DNA of 64,000 bases from Octopus sinensis (GCF_006345805.1 NC_043004.1:85126001-85190000); one strand, 5' to 3'; positions 11,813-26,184 are shown, counted from the first letter of the stretch. The notes: generated by a model not told the origin, from the letters alone. A program made the numbers and translations.

Positions 11813-13388
11813 CCAAAAATGAACTTCCTTATCTTCCAGTTTAAAGGGTTACAGATTTAACACAGTTTATAGGAACATAAAACTTCTTGTACGATAAATA
11901 GCTTAAACTGTGTTCGAAATGGAGGTGTACTCAAATCCTATTTTATGGACTCAACCATGTTCTAAAATATGTCGAAAGGTAAGCTACTATGAATCGGCAC
12001 GAACAATCCGGACAACCCAATGCATTGTAAACGTTCTGACACAATGAGGACACGCACTTCATCCAAGGGATTCAAAATATTACCAATTATCAATCCAAAA
12101 TATCAATGAGGTCAATCGCCAAATAGACTATTAGAACTGTTGTGCTCGCGAATATTCAATATAAATCTTATACGCTGACGAGAGGCAGATTCCGGCATCG
12201 AAACACACGGGAAAACCGTTTAGTCAGTGTCAAATGTCTTCAAGAAAATGGTATGCTTTAATTCTTCTCTGATAAGAAAAAATCGATGATAGATAGATCC
12301 TTCCTAAGTGCTTGTAGTGATGCACATGAAAAATCCAGTAACTGTAAACATTTCTAAGAGTGTTGAGATATGAAATTCATATCTTGCTAATTCAAATCAT
12401 TCCACAGTATCTTAGAATCAATGCTTTTGTACGTGTTGAGTAACTGGAGGCAGACTTGTATGAATGAAGTACACAGTGTAAGATGATATGCGTTTAAAAA
12501 TGACACACCTCACAAACTGACATATCACAATGATGGAAACCAGGGAACCTTTACACTCATACAACACGAAACTGACCTTTGAACAGGCCAGACGTCGGTT
12601 CCATGAACTACTGTTTCAAACGTTTTTGAAATAATCATCTTCTCAAATCCATAACTTCACAGAAAGTGGTCATTGTTCAGGTGATGTCCAAAAGGAATAT
12701 GCACCATTTCGTGCAGTCATATCAAATACTCTGGTGACGCTTTGAAGCGTCCATTGAAGCTCGAGGCTGATACATTGTTTAATCTCGTACGAAATATTTT
12801 CGAGAGCAAGTTCTCAAATTTTAAAAATGTATTTCATTTTTGCTACGTCCTCAAATTCTTCTCGCATACACACAAACATGGCGCTATGATCCAGGGAAAT
12901 CATCGTTAAATAATGTATCAACTTTACGATAAAGCAAGTCAATACGTGAATATTTCAAATACATTTGCTTCAAATTGAAAACGAAACCAACAAACCGATT
13001 TAACGATTGTTCTTCAGCTCATACAACAGACATGTCTTCATATCGATTTATTTTATTGAAAAAGAAAACGACCACCCGTTCTTGGGAAGTAAGATTGTTG
13101 ATGTAATATATGAATGGGAGATCATTTACCATCCCACATATAAATGAAGGCCGCCCCAGGGGTGTTGAACTTACAAAGTAAAGTGACGCATTGTCAGGGA
13201 TAAATCTACAGAACGTTAACGGTTAGATTTTGTCAAACTTTTTAAGCGTATGTTTAAAATCAAATCGGAAACAGTTAACGGAATAAAACTCTATATTTAC
13301 TCTTAAAATTTGTTTCTGTTCTTTCTTCATTTTCATGTTTCATCATCGAGTATGTTATTTCAAGTTGATGCAATATTACTGTATAATC

Positions 13389-13389
<1 letters not shown>

Positions 13390-13442
<53 letters not shown>

Positions 13443-13530
13443 CACACACATATATATATAGCACACATATGTATGTATATCTGTACGTATAAATTTATAT
13501 ATACATATACTTATATATACATGTATATAT

Positions 13531-13595
<65 letters not shown>

Positions 13596-13760
13596 CAGAT
13601 ATATTGATATATATATATTTCTGTGCATGCACATACACATGTGCACATATATATGAGATTGAGTGTAAGCGTATATATATATATATATGTATGTATGTAT
13701 TTATTTATGTATGTATGTATGTATGTGTGTGAGTATGTATATACGTCTTTGTATATATGT
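13390..13760. repeat. (TA)n/(TATG)n microsatellite
   Basis: Directly visible. Confidence 0.95.
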
Positions 13761-14667
13761 AGAGATAAGGAGTGAGAAAAAGAGAGAAGAAGAAAGAGGG
13801 GGAAATGACAGAAGGAAAGAATGGGAGATAAAATAGATTGAAAGAAGGCAAAAAAAAAAAGAAGAAAGCGATTATATGCTGGGTGCAAGTATAGAACGAG
13901 AAAAACGAAAACAGCGATCAATGTTTTAAATCAAGCCGATTGTGTCTCGTAGCATTTTATCAACCCTCTGGATGGAGAAAAAAAATCATATATCTAACTC
14001 TCCACTGAACAAGAGAGATGATTAGCGAATACGATAACCAATAAATTCCTCCCTGTCTCTCTTCATTTATATCGTTAAACTTATCTCACTAGCTTGCATA
14101 CCAATTTTCTTTTCCTTCATCTATTGGTTTCCATGTCTGTCTGTTTATTAGGTGGCAACGCTTCATCTATCCGCTTTGTATTTCAGCCTAAATCTCCTCA
14201 CATTTCTTTCATTTTTCATTATAATGCACCAATTCACTCCTTTTTTTTTCTCGCTCTCTCTATCTAAGTATATTTCTCCATATCACAATTGTAACTTATC
14301 ACCAAACTACTTGCTTTACTCGCGGTTTTTTTTTTCCCCCTCTTACACTCTTACACACTGACTTTTCCCTCTTTCAATATCTTTCCAATACTCTGATTCG
14401 CATGGTATTTCTTTCTCTCACACATACCCAATGACTTTCGTGATTCTTATCTATTTCTTTCCCAACTTCTAAATTGTCCAAGTCGAAGTTTGAAACTTTC
14501 AAAGCTCAATCACAATTATTCATCGTTTATTTTTCTTTCAATCTCCTTGCACATGATTTCTTTCACTCCCATACATACTTTCCATTTTCTACCTGTTCAT
14601 AACTCTTGCAATTCTCAATTAGACTCATATTAGCAATCAATACACATGCAGCTACAAGCAAGCGGAC

Positions 14668-14668
14668 A

Positions 14669-14722
<54 letters not shown>

Positions 14723-14734
14723 ATGTATGTATAA

Positions 14735-14770
<36 letters not shown>

Positions 14771-15385
14771 TATATATATATGTATGTATCTATATATATG
14801 TATGTTATATATATATATATGTATATTATATATATATATATGTATGTATATATATATATATGTATGTATATATATATATATATGTATGTATATATAATAT
14901 ATATATATGTATGTATAATATATATATGTATGTATATTATATATATGTATGTTATATATATATATATATATGTATTATATATATATATGTATGTATATAA
15001 TATATGTATGTATATATTATATATTTATGTATATATATATAATGTATGTATATATATATATATATATATGTATGTATATATATATATATATGTATGTATA
15101 TATATATTATATATGTATGTATATTATATATATATGTATGTATTATATATATATTATATATATGTATGTATATATATATATATATGTATGTATATATATA
15201 TATATATGTATGTATATATATATATGTATGTATATATATATATATGTTATGTATATATATATATATGTATGTATATATATATATATATGTATGTATATAT
15301 ATGTATATGTATGTATATATATATGTATATGTATATATATATAATGTATATATATATAATATGTATGTATATATATATGTTTATG

Positions 15386-15420
<35 letters not shown>

Positions 15421-15523
15421 TATATATATATATATATAGATAGTTAGATATAATATACGGGTAAATATGCATATGCACATATATGTATATGTATATATAT
15501 ATATGCATATATATATACATATA

Positions 15524-15594
<71 letters not shown>

Positions 15595-15763
15595 TTATTC
15601 AAACACTGAGAATGAGTCCTCGACATTGCATTGGTGATAAATTTTCTTTCTTTCTGGGATAACAAAGCTGCCATTGGTTTCGTGCCGAGAATCTTCGACT
15701 ATGGAAACGATTTGTCATCGACCAAATTTGGCAGACTTGTTAGATTATTGCTTAGAATTTTTA

Positions 15764-15802
<39 letters not shown>

Positions 15803-16030
15803 TGATAGATATAGATACAGTTATACATACACACATGCATATAGACATACATATATATATACATATATGTATATATATATTTATTTATTTATATATATAT
15901 GTATATATATATATATATATTTATTATATATATATGTATGTATATATATATATATTATTTATATATATATGTATGTATATAATATATATATATATATATT
16001 ATATATATATATATATGTATACATACATAA
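14668..16030. repeat. Long compound (TA)n array punctuated by TGTATG; second tract 15765-16030
   Basis: Directly visible; about 920 bp main array at 14668-15590. Confidence 0.95.
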
Positions 16031-16662
16031 TGGAGGAGTTATCAAGCATAATGGATAAAAAGTTTTACTGAGAGCAAATATTATGATATATATGACACAA
16101 TATATCGGGTAGAGTGGACAGAAATATTTATTGCATTAAAAATCTAATCCGAGGTGCATCGGAATTTTGGCCAAAATTCCCATTACCTCTTTTGTACGTA
16201 TATGAGTAGTTTTGTACAAGAATAACACACAGTTATAAAGTTATGTTCAGACTATACTTTATGTCAGTGTATAGCGACGATGCTGTATATCGGAATGCGA
16301 AGGGAACTTTGGTGTGGTTATTTTCCGTATCTCAAATTTCTCTGTATTTGGATTAAAATAACGCTATTTCGTGTAGTCTAGAGCGTTAATTATGCAATGC
16401 TCCAAGGGGCTTGAAGTTACTGGCACAGCTTAAAGTTGGGCTACAGATTCCATTGTTGAATTTATGCATAATTCCTTCCGGTAGCTTTGGACAAAGAGGG
16501 CAGAGAAGAGGTTTAATGCTGGGCGTTGATCAACCACGACTGGGTGGACAGAGTGAAGATGTCTCGTGTTGAAACAATCGAATCCCTCTGAAACACCGGA
16601 AACAACACTGACGGAGCAGTTCAGAACAGCACGAAATATAACTATTAAATATTCGTTAACAT

Positions 16663-17075
16663 AGGCGTAGGAGTGGCTGTGTGGTAAGTAGCTTTCTTAC
16701 GAACCACATGGTTCCGGGTTCAGTCCCACTGCGTGGCACCTTGGGCAAGTGTCTTCTACTATAGCCTCGGTCCGACCAAAGCCTTGTGAGTGGATTTGGT
16801 AGACGGAAACTGAAAGAAGCCCGTCGTATATATGTATATATATATATATATATATGTATGTGTATGTGTATATGTTTGTGTGTCTGTGATTTTCCCCCCA
16901 ACATCGCTTCACAACCGATGCTGGTGTGTTTACGTAGCGGTTCGGCAAAAGAGCTCGATAGAGTAAGTATTGGGCTTACAAAGAATAAGTCCTGGGGTCG
17001 ATTTGCTCGACTAAAAATTCACTCCTGCATGGCCACAGTCAAATGACTGAAACAAGTAACAGAGTAATGAGTAAA
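16663..17075 (+). mobile_element. tRNA-derived SINE family A (octopus OK/OR-type by recollection), full length with internal microsatellite
   Basis: Head GGAGTGGCTGTGTGGTAAG...GGTTCAGTCCC (A/B-box-like), central (TA/TG)n, tail ...AAATGACTGAAACAAGTAA. Many homologous copies occur in this window. Confidence 0.85.
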
Positions 17076-17419
17076 AGTGTAGTGTTTAGTGGAACTTCGA
17101 AGTTTCGGCCAGCTAGCCTTTATCGGATTCCTCTCGTTAAAAAGTACAGAACAAACCTTCAGCTTCACGTAAAAGTATCATAACACGACAAAAACAAATT
17201 TCATATATGAGTGTGTTGGAAAGTGCATGTGTGCATGTGTAAGTGTGTAACTATGTGCATGTGCGTATATGTGTGTCAGTTGCTGTGTCTGTGTGTGTGT
17301 CTCTCTCTCTGTTTCTCTTTCTTTCTCTCTCTCTCTCTTCACACACACGAGGAAAACGAGGGACATGTGAAATGTCACTGGCTTTGAATACAAGAAAATA
17401 CAGGAGGATCAGTTAATTA

Positions 17420-17573
17420 AGATTTTATTCAACATATTACTCTCTCAGATTCATATACTTATTGCAGTGGCCCTTCCGTCTATCTAGGCCCTGTAACAGA
17501 ACTCTGAAGCCTGCGACTTCAACCTGGTCATTCGCGAAAACCTTAAAGCCAGGAACTTTGCAGCGCGCCCTCA
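17420..17573 (-). mobile_element. Mariner-derived MITE fragment
   Basis: Ends in AAAGCCAGGAACTTTGCAGCGCGCCCTCA-TA, resembling the TIR of the element at 58657-58851. It shares the CACTGCAATAAGT.T.TGAATCTGAGAG...AATATGTTGA block with that element (mariner C-terminal EYVE-like end). Confidence 0.6.
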
Positions 17574-18024
17574 TATATGCGTATACACGCATATATACAT
17601 ACGTACATAAATACATACATACATACATACATACATACATACATACTGGAAGTCAACTAAGCACCAAAAAGGACCACTTTCTAAGCCTGTTATTTGTAAC
17701 TCCATGCCAACGTTGCGAGATTCAAGGACCTCCCTGTGTGTGAAAGTGTTTTAGGGGATCAAAGTGTTGCATAGAAATATCAATTTTTAAAAAAAATAAT
17801 AGCACAACATATACTAAGACGACCACAAAGCAATTGTACGTCAGCTTTATTTTTAAGAGAAAGCAAGCTCGTATGAATACAATATTTCTTTACTTTATGA
17901 CGACCGACCCAGTTTACGAAACACCCAAATTTACGAGTTATTACGAGTTTTGTTTTCCTTTTACGAGCGTTTTCCGGGAAGGAATTAACTCGTATATCTT
18001 TTCTACTCTTGGCATTAAGGCACG

Positions 18025-18590
18025 AACTTTTTGGGATTGTGGCCATTTGATTAGATCAATCTCAGTACGCAAATGGTGCTTAATTTATCGACCCCGAAAG
18101 GATGAAAGACAAAGCTGACCTCGGCAGAATTTGAAATTAGAACGCAAAGACAGACGAAATAGCTATGTCTTTATGACCCAGTATGGGCTAAACACAGAAG
18201 GGACAAACAAAGACAAACAGACGGATTAAGTCAATTATATCGACTCCAGTGCGAAACTGCGTAACTGGTACTTATTAAATCGACCCCGAATGTATGAAAG
18301 ACAAAGCTGACCTCGGCAGAATTTGAAATCAGAACGCAAAGAGAGACGAAATACCTATTTCTTTACTACCCACAAGAGGCTAAACACAGAAGGGACAAAC
18401 AAGGACAGACAAACGGATTAAGTCGATTATATCGACCCCAGTGAGTAACTGGTACTTAATTTATTGACCTGGAAAGGACGAAAGGCAAAGTCAACCTCGG
18501 CGTAGTTTGAACTCAGAACGTAGTGGCATACGAAATACCGCTAAGCATTTCGCCCGGCCTGCTAACGTTATTGCCAGCTCGCCGCCTTCA
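18025..18590 (-). mobile_element. tRNA-derived SINE family B (Meta/CORE-like central domain), with about 3 tandem body repeats
   Basis: Head rc AAGGCGGCGAGCTGGCA at 18588, B-box-like GAGTTCAAA, and the GTCGACTTTGCCTTTCATCC...AAGTACCAG body repeated with a period of about 190 bp. Confidence 0.85.
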
Positions 18591-19185
18591 AATTAACTTG
18601 TATATCGAAGCATTACTGTACATCTTTATGTATATTTAAAGGTGTATGCCTGTGTATCATGGTATTATGTTCTAAGATGCAGCTCTTAAAGGGAAAACTA
18701 GGGCCCCTCACTGGTAGTAGCTCACGTGCCAATTAACCCACAGCCAGTACACTGACAGGTATTAATGATCTGGTCCGAAGTAGACCCGAGAATAGTAATA
18801 GCATAGACGGGGTTCCATATTGCTCGAAAGTCTAGAAAGCTCGGACTTATTGAACCCCACTACCAGATGCAGTTTACACTTGTACCCGGGACACATGAGT
18901 ACATTGGAATGAATACACACACACACACAACACACAAACACACATTCACGTATATATACATAAACACACATATATATATGCATATACACACATATGTATA
19001 CAATGCTCAGATGTGGTGCACCTGAGCACTGTATACAATAATTTCATTCTTTTTTTTATATATATAGATATACATACATGGACATACACATATATGTATA
19101 TTTAAAAACATAGACGCACACACGCACAGACACACATTTACATAATATATATATATATAATATATATATATATACATACACACAT

Positions 19186-19266
<81 letters not shown>

Positions 19267-19964
19267 CATATATATACATATATATACATGTGTGCATGTC
19301 AGTGTGTTTGTGTGTGTACAACTTCGTTTCTTTTTATTGAGTTCAAGATGATAATTGGAATCTTAGTTACATTGCCATGCTTCACTGGTTTTCCAGTGAG
19401 GAAACCTGAAATCATTAACATTTGTTGTTTGGGTAACGCACCGAAAATTGGCCAGTTATCACGGCTTGTAATTATTCGTCACCTTAGGGCTTTAATAGCG
19501 ATTACTATTGCGTGGATTGCACCAAAATATCACTACCTGATTAGTGAAGATAATTCTCAATGGATTGGAATGGTAATGATGTAAAAATACCCGAAGTGAT
19601 TGATGCAAATACTCTACACTTAGTTTCTCGAATGTCATCTAATTTATAAGTATGTGCAGTCAAATGTTTATACCTACATGTCACTCTCACAAATGAGTTG
19701 TAATATTTTGTTGGTTCACTGCAATCTTACTTGGTTATGACAAGCACGAACCGACTACATTTTGGGATCGATCCAGTACCGAACAAGGAATCTGGAATAT
19801 TTTTTTTCGGATATTTTTACTTGATATTGGGGAGCAGTCGGGTTCGTTTTTAGTATTCTTGTTCGTGAGTTTATTTCATATATTCTCATTTTAAAAATCA
19901 TCTCCGGCTAATCGTTGAGAGGACGTTGGCGTTGCTCTGAGTGCTCTTGTTACGCATGTTTTGA

Positions 19965-20360
19965 GGGGCGTGCTGGCAGAAACATTAGCACGCCGGGCGA
20001 AATGCGTAGCCGTATTTTGTCTGCCGTTACGTTCTGAGTTCAAATTCCGCCGAGGTCGACTTTGCCTTTCATCCTTTCGGGGTCGATAGAGTAAGTACCG
20101 GTTACGCACTGGGGTCGATATAATCGACTTAATCCGTTTGTCTGTCCTTGTTTGTCCCCTATGTGTGTAGCCCCCTGTGGGTGGTAAATAAATAGGTATT
20201 TCGTCTGCCGCTACGATCTGAGTTCAAATCCCGCCGAGGTTGACTTTGCATTTCATTCTTTCGCGTTTGATAAATTATGTGCCAGTGAAACAATGGGGGT
20301 TGATGTAATCGACTAATCCCCCCTTCCCAAATTTCAGTTCTTGTGCCTATAATAGAAAGG
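19965..20360 (+). mobile_element. SINE family B, dimeric body
   Basis: Same head/body as 18025-18590 on the plus strand; body repeated twice. Confidence 0.85.
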
Positions 20361-20524
20361 ATTATTATGCATGTTTGGACCTTCTTTAAGTTACTGAACA
20401 GGGAGATGTTTAGAAGACCATTGCCTCTGTAAACTTTCCTTTTCGAGAATAGTCGCTGAGAGAAAGAATCTCAGCTAGTCTTATATCACGTTCATATAGA
20501 GAGTATTAATGTTATACACGACAT

Positions 20525-21615
20525 TAAACGTGTTGAGCTGGCAGAACTATGAGTGCGTTGGCCAAAATGCTTAGTGGCATTTTGTCCATCTTTAGGTTAG
20601 GAACTGATATTTTATAGATCAACTTTGGCTTTCATTATTTCGGGGGCAGGGATAGAATTAGTACTAGCTGAGCACTAGGCTCGATGTAACGCACTAGTCT
20701 CAGACCCCGAAAATGCCGCCCTTGTTCCGAGATTCGGAAAATATTATACACAACATTGAAGGCAGAGTCGTTAGCACGTCGAACAAAATGTTTAGCGGCA
20801 TTTCGTCCGCCTTTACGTTTTGAGCTTAAATTCTGCCGAGAACTTCTTTGCCTTCCATGCTTTCGGGGTTCATAAATTAAGTACCAGTTAAACACTGGGG
20901 TTAATGAAATCGACTGTCCACTTCTCTAAATTTCAGGCCTTGTGACAAAAGCAGAAAAACTAGTTGGCACGCCGGGAAATATCATTAACGGCAGTTCGTC
21001 CATGTTTACGTTCTGATTTCAAGTTAGGTCTATGGCGATTTGCCTTTCTTCATTTCAGAGTCGATAAAATAGTTATCAGTTGTATACTGGTGTCGTTGTA
21101 ATCGACTTACACCTAACTCTGAATTTGCTGGCGTTGAACGAAAACGTAAACTAATATTATACACGCCATTAAGGTGGTGATCTGGCAGAATTCTTAGCAC
21201 AACAGGTAAAATGCTTAACCGCATTTCCTCTGCCTGCACGTTCTGGGTTCAAATTCCGCCGAGGTCGACTTTCATCTTTTCGTGAGTCGATATATTGAGT
21301 ACTAGTTGAACACTGGAGTCAAAGTAATTTAGTAGCACCCTGATCCCAAATTTCTGGCTTTGTGCTAAATTTTGAAACCAATATTATACACACCATTAGG
21401 GTGGCAGAGCTGGGAGAATGGTCAGCACTCTGGACAAAATGTTTAGCAGTATTTCTTTCGGTTTTACACACTGAGTGAAAATCTGCTGCTGTCGACTAAG
21501 TTGTCCATCCTTTCGGTTAGATAAAATATGCACAAGTGAAGTACTGGGGGGCGTTGAAATCGTCTTGCCCCCATCCTCCGAAATTTCAGATCTTTTGCTT
21601 CTCGTGGAAATGCCC
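20525..21615 (+). mobile_element. Cluster of about 5 diverged, same-orientation SINE family B copies
   Basis: Heads (GCTGGCAG/GGCAGAGTCGTTAGCAC-like) near 20535, 20760, 20965, 21175 and 21400, each followed by the body and a tail resembling GGCCTTGTGCC. Confidence 0.75.
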
Positions 21616-22095
21616 ATTGTTCACGCGATTAGTTTTAAATATAAGCCTGTTTCAACTGCACGAATTAAATGTATAAAAGTTTTGTATAAATGCTGTGTTA
21701 ACTGACTTCTATGTCGAAATAGGCATTTGTAGGCTTGGTTCATAACAGGCAGTGTATTTGCTACCCGGAAGAGAAGAGCAAAATAGGTCGAAACATCGTG
21801 GCAAATCCTCCACCAGCATTATGAGATAAGCTAAGTGCTTTTAACATATAATGCAATTTGAAAGTACTTCGAGAGAAAATATCACATAGTGTCGTTCCCA
21901 AAACTATTTTCCGTATTACCCAAGTTTCTATAAGCATTTTAAATGTTATAATCACCGGTATTATAGGCTAAAAGTGTTTTGAAAATGATTTTTAATACTC
22001 ACATATGCACACATACACACAGAAAAATATATGTGTATGTGTGAGTATGCATACACACACACATATATATGCGCTTACACACACATACACACATA

Positions 22096-22097
22096 TT

Positions 22098-22162
<65 letters not shown>
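22096..22162. repeat. (GATA)n microsatellite
   Basis: Directly visible perfect tract. Confidence 0.97.
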
Positions 22163-22181
<19 letters not shown>

Positions 22182-23309
22182 TATTAGCAAGCAGTAGCAA
22201 TAGTCGTAGAACATGATAAAATAGGCAAAAAGAAGTCGAAGAGAAAGATGCGGAAGAAGTAAAAAAAAAAAGATTTGAGGATTTCAAATGATGTCAACCA
22301 GGCAGTTTTATTTTCTCTTTTGCCACACTTGACTTCATTAGATATTTTCATATCTGCAATATATTTATAACCAATGTGGGTAACACTTTGCTATAAAGAT
22401 ATTTCTTTATTTATTATTTCAAACATGAATAATCAAAACAGCTATTTATAAACATTAAAGCGTTTCTCGTGACACAGCAGTCAATGAAAAAGTTCTAAGC
22501 GAATATAACTTTATTTTTATAACCATTTCATCATCTCACTGAAAGGAAATATCAATTGCGTTGGTTATTTCTTATATATTACGGCAATATGGATTCACCC
22601 AAAGCTATTTAGTAAAGAATGGTAGAGATTACCATATTTCACCGTGAATAAATTTCACTTCAAATTTACTCTGATATCCGGGTACAGAATATTACCCTTT
22701 TTTAGATGCTTTTATTAAACGCCGTTAATTATTTTGTCCGATTTACTAACGATACTGCAAGCTAGCCATCTTCGGCTTGTGTTAAGTATTCATGATGAGG
22801 AGTCAGCGTACATATATATATATATATATATCAAAATAAGCAAGAAGGATATCCAGAGGTAATGCAGTACGATCGTTTCATGCAACTCCATTTACGTGTA
22901 TATGATGCACCCTATTACTTTCTGTAGAAAGTAGATTAGCGGTGTTATATCCTAAATGCCGTTAATTAGTTTTTCCGATGTGGTAACGATACTGCCAGCT
23001 CGCCGCCTTCGGCTAGTGTTAAATATTGATGATGAGCAGTCAGTGTACAGAGACAGAACCTCGAGAAATTTTGTGATGATATACGAAATGATGGAGGTGA
23101 ATATAATAATGTCTTTACATTTGTATATCCTTATTTAAAAGGCGATCGTACGAAACTAAACGCACAATTGTCGTTGAACTGATGTAATATACAACGAGCG
23201 AATTATGGGAACGTGTTATGTTAAAGACTTGTTTCACTTAAATGAAAAACTGAAAAAATATAAAGGTAAAACAACCACGCATCTTTTATCTTTTATCGTA
23301 TATTTGTTG

Positions 23310-23501
23310 CAATAAGACTGCGGCCATGCTGACGCACCACCTTGAACATTTTTTGGTCGAAGGGATCGACCCCTGTACATATTTTCTTTAAAGCCTGCAC
23401 CTTATTCTATCGGTTACTATCGCTGAAACACTAAGATAAGGTGGCGTAAACACAGTACCACTGGTTGTTAAGTTGTGGTGAGGGAAAAAAACTCAAAGAT
23501 G

Positions 23502-23552
<51 letters not shown>

Positions 23553-23575
23553 TGGCGCACACACATACATATACG
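23310..23575 (-). mobile_element. SINE family A, 3' half
   Basis: GACTGCGGCCATGCT...GGTCGA...GTAAACAC matches the reverse complement of the family A tail. Confidence 0.7.
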
Positions 23576-23839
23576 TACAGGTTTGACCAAAATTCACCTG
23601 GCAGTTAATCAAAGACATTTAATTACGAGATTTTTTAATGTTAACGACTGAATGAATTTAATAAAAGCATCTAAAGATGAAACATCATGAAAATTGTTCA
23701 AACTGAAGTCCTTCTTGAGTGACACATTTTACCATTCGAGCCAATACAGAATTTCAGATAGTATTTATGGAACTTTTATTTATAGTCGGGTGACTACTGG
23801 CAAAACCTGTATACATGCATAAATACTTACATACATACA

Positions 23840-23873
<34 letters not shown>

Positions 23874-23934
23874 GTATATATATATATATATATATAATAT
23901 ATTGTATATATATATATATAATATATATATTGTG

Positions 23935-23973
<39 letters not shown>

Positions 23974-24044
23974 TATATATTATATATACATAAATACATA
24001 CATACATACATACATGTGCGTGTATGCGTGTGTACGTGTAGAAC

Positions 24045-24270
24045 GGCCTCCTTTCTGTTTCCGTATAGCAAATTCAGTCACAAGGATTTGGTCGGCCACA
24101 GAATATGGTAGAAGGCACTTGCTCAATGCGCCACACTGCGGGAATGACCATGTGGTTAGGAGAGAAAATTCGCACCACACTGTCACGAGGCTGCGTGTTC
24201 ACTTCCACAGAGTGGAATCTTGGGCAGGGTTCTTCTACTATAGACTCGGGCCGACCAAGAATCCGAGTTA
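24045..24270. mobile_element. SINE family A head (minus) followed by a short plus-strand fragment of the same family
   Basis: TTTCTGTTTCCGT...ACAAGG...GGTCGGCC...TAGAAG.CACTTGC (minus head), then CTTGGGCAGG.TTCTTCTACTATAG.CTCGGGCCGACCAA (plus). Confidence 0.6.
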
Positions 24271-25317
24271 ATATCTTAGACGGCCTTTTAACAGGGCTCA
24301 ATAAGAGTCATTGCATAAGAATCAATTAAGAATTTTAAAAATACTTTGAATAATAATGTTGGAAAGGAGTAATTGCGAAGTCAACATGGAAGATTAATAT
24401 TAAAACCAGCACATGACAGAATAAAACGCCGTGTAAATTATGACAGATGACGTTCAACACAAAAAATAGTTATATAGCATGAAAATAAATACATAAAATA
24501 AATTTCATTTAAAAATTGATTCACATTTAGAAAATGTATGCCTGCAAAGATAGAATTGTATAAATGCAAAAGATCTTATAAACACAGGGTCGAAAATTAT
24601 AAATATATATAAGCAACAAGGATATCCAGAGGTAATGCGGTACGATTGTTTTATGCAGCTTCATTTAATTGAACAATGCAATCATTACCTCAATTTAAAA
24701 TGCAGAGCAATTTTGAGCTGCACAAAGACATAGAATTTAATTAAATTAGAACGGATGGACACAGTATAATTATACCTAATATCTCCAAGAAGTTAAGGGG
24801 TCAGTATTTTTATGGGGTCAGTTTTTTATGGGCTTTTATGGGTTCAGTTTTAATTTATAGACTAGTTTATCAAATCCCTTTTATATCTAAGGCTCAGAGA
24901 GCAGAGGGTAGTATCTGTTGGGTGTAGGGCTGAGGTAGCAGGCAGACATCATTCAAGATTCCTTAGAAGCAATATCATGAGGTTTGGTAAAGGAAAACTT
25001 AAAACAAGATGTTACCAGATAATTAAGGGGTCGCCCACTAGCAGACCATTGACAATGAAACAGGGTAAGTCTTATCATGTAGTAATATAGTTAAATATTT
25101 TAAACAATGTTGCTATATTTTATACAGCTAAATTTTAGGGTTATTCAAAGGAGTATTAAGAAAAATATTATAACAAAAGGATAGAAATGTATGAATACTT
25201 TTGAGTATATACCATACTTTTACCACAATAGTAGTTTCATATCACCTTTCCCGCATTTTACCCTATTTCATATCCCATTTTTATAAGATTATACTGCAAA
25301 TTCTACAAATATAACTG

Positions 25318-25365
<48 letters not shown>

Positions 25366-26184
25366 AAAAGGCATCATTTACCACTAAAAGCGGATTATAT
25401 TTTAGAACATACAATACTGCGTTAGTTACCATGAGAGGAACTCTCGTATAGACGCATACAATATACCCAATTATCGTAAATAACCCATTTTGTATTCTAA
25501 CAGAACATCCACATTGAGTGACAGATAAATATTACCCTCACCTATTAATACTGCTTCTGTCACGAGTGATTGCTTTGCAGTTATATCTTCTCCACTGACC
25601 TGTTTTTGTCTCATCTAGGTATCGTTTCATTTTCTTTTACGTTAGATAGAGAAACAAACATTCCTAGTTTATTACCCTCTGTCTCTTCCTAACAATTCCA
25701 AATTACACTGCGAAGTTTGTATCTATATTTTTCTCTAAATTATTGACGTATTTCTAATATCTTCATTGCTTCTAGTGGAAATGTCATGTTGTATTTCTCA
25801 TACCAACTTTGTGTTTATACTTTTCTTTTAAATACGACTTACCCTTACGCCATACACTTATTGCTTTTCTTTGTCTTAATGTATTTTCATATTTTTGTTG
25901 CTCCGCAATTACCCTATACTTGTCCAGTATTTCCTCTCTCTTTTTGTTCAAGTTTGTCTCTACAAAGCTTGTTGGTTTGATGTTGGTCTAACTCTTTCTC
26001 TCTTTCTAACTGCATTTCATGTGTCAGCCGTCATCAGCATCATGTTGAGCCATTCCCGCTCAGCATATTAAATATCAATGATCTCCATCCGGGTGTATTT
26101 TCTTCTCAGCTACTCTTTCACATTCACCGTATGATGGCTTAGCCAACTCCTGATTTTATCCAACCAGTACGTTCCAGGCTCAGT

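Noticed and set aside
12175-12225. CTGACGA-GAGGC...GCATC-GAAAC hammerhead-like core
   Set aside because: Core and partial stem II are present, but no NUH site followed by a pairing stem I could be built.
22866-22892. GAAACGATCGTA palindromic stem-III-like motif (minus)
   Set aside because: No CUGANGA or stem II upstream.
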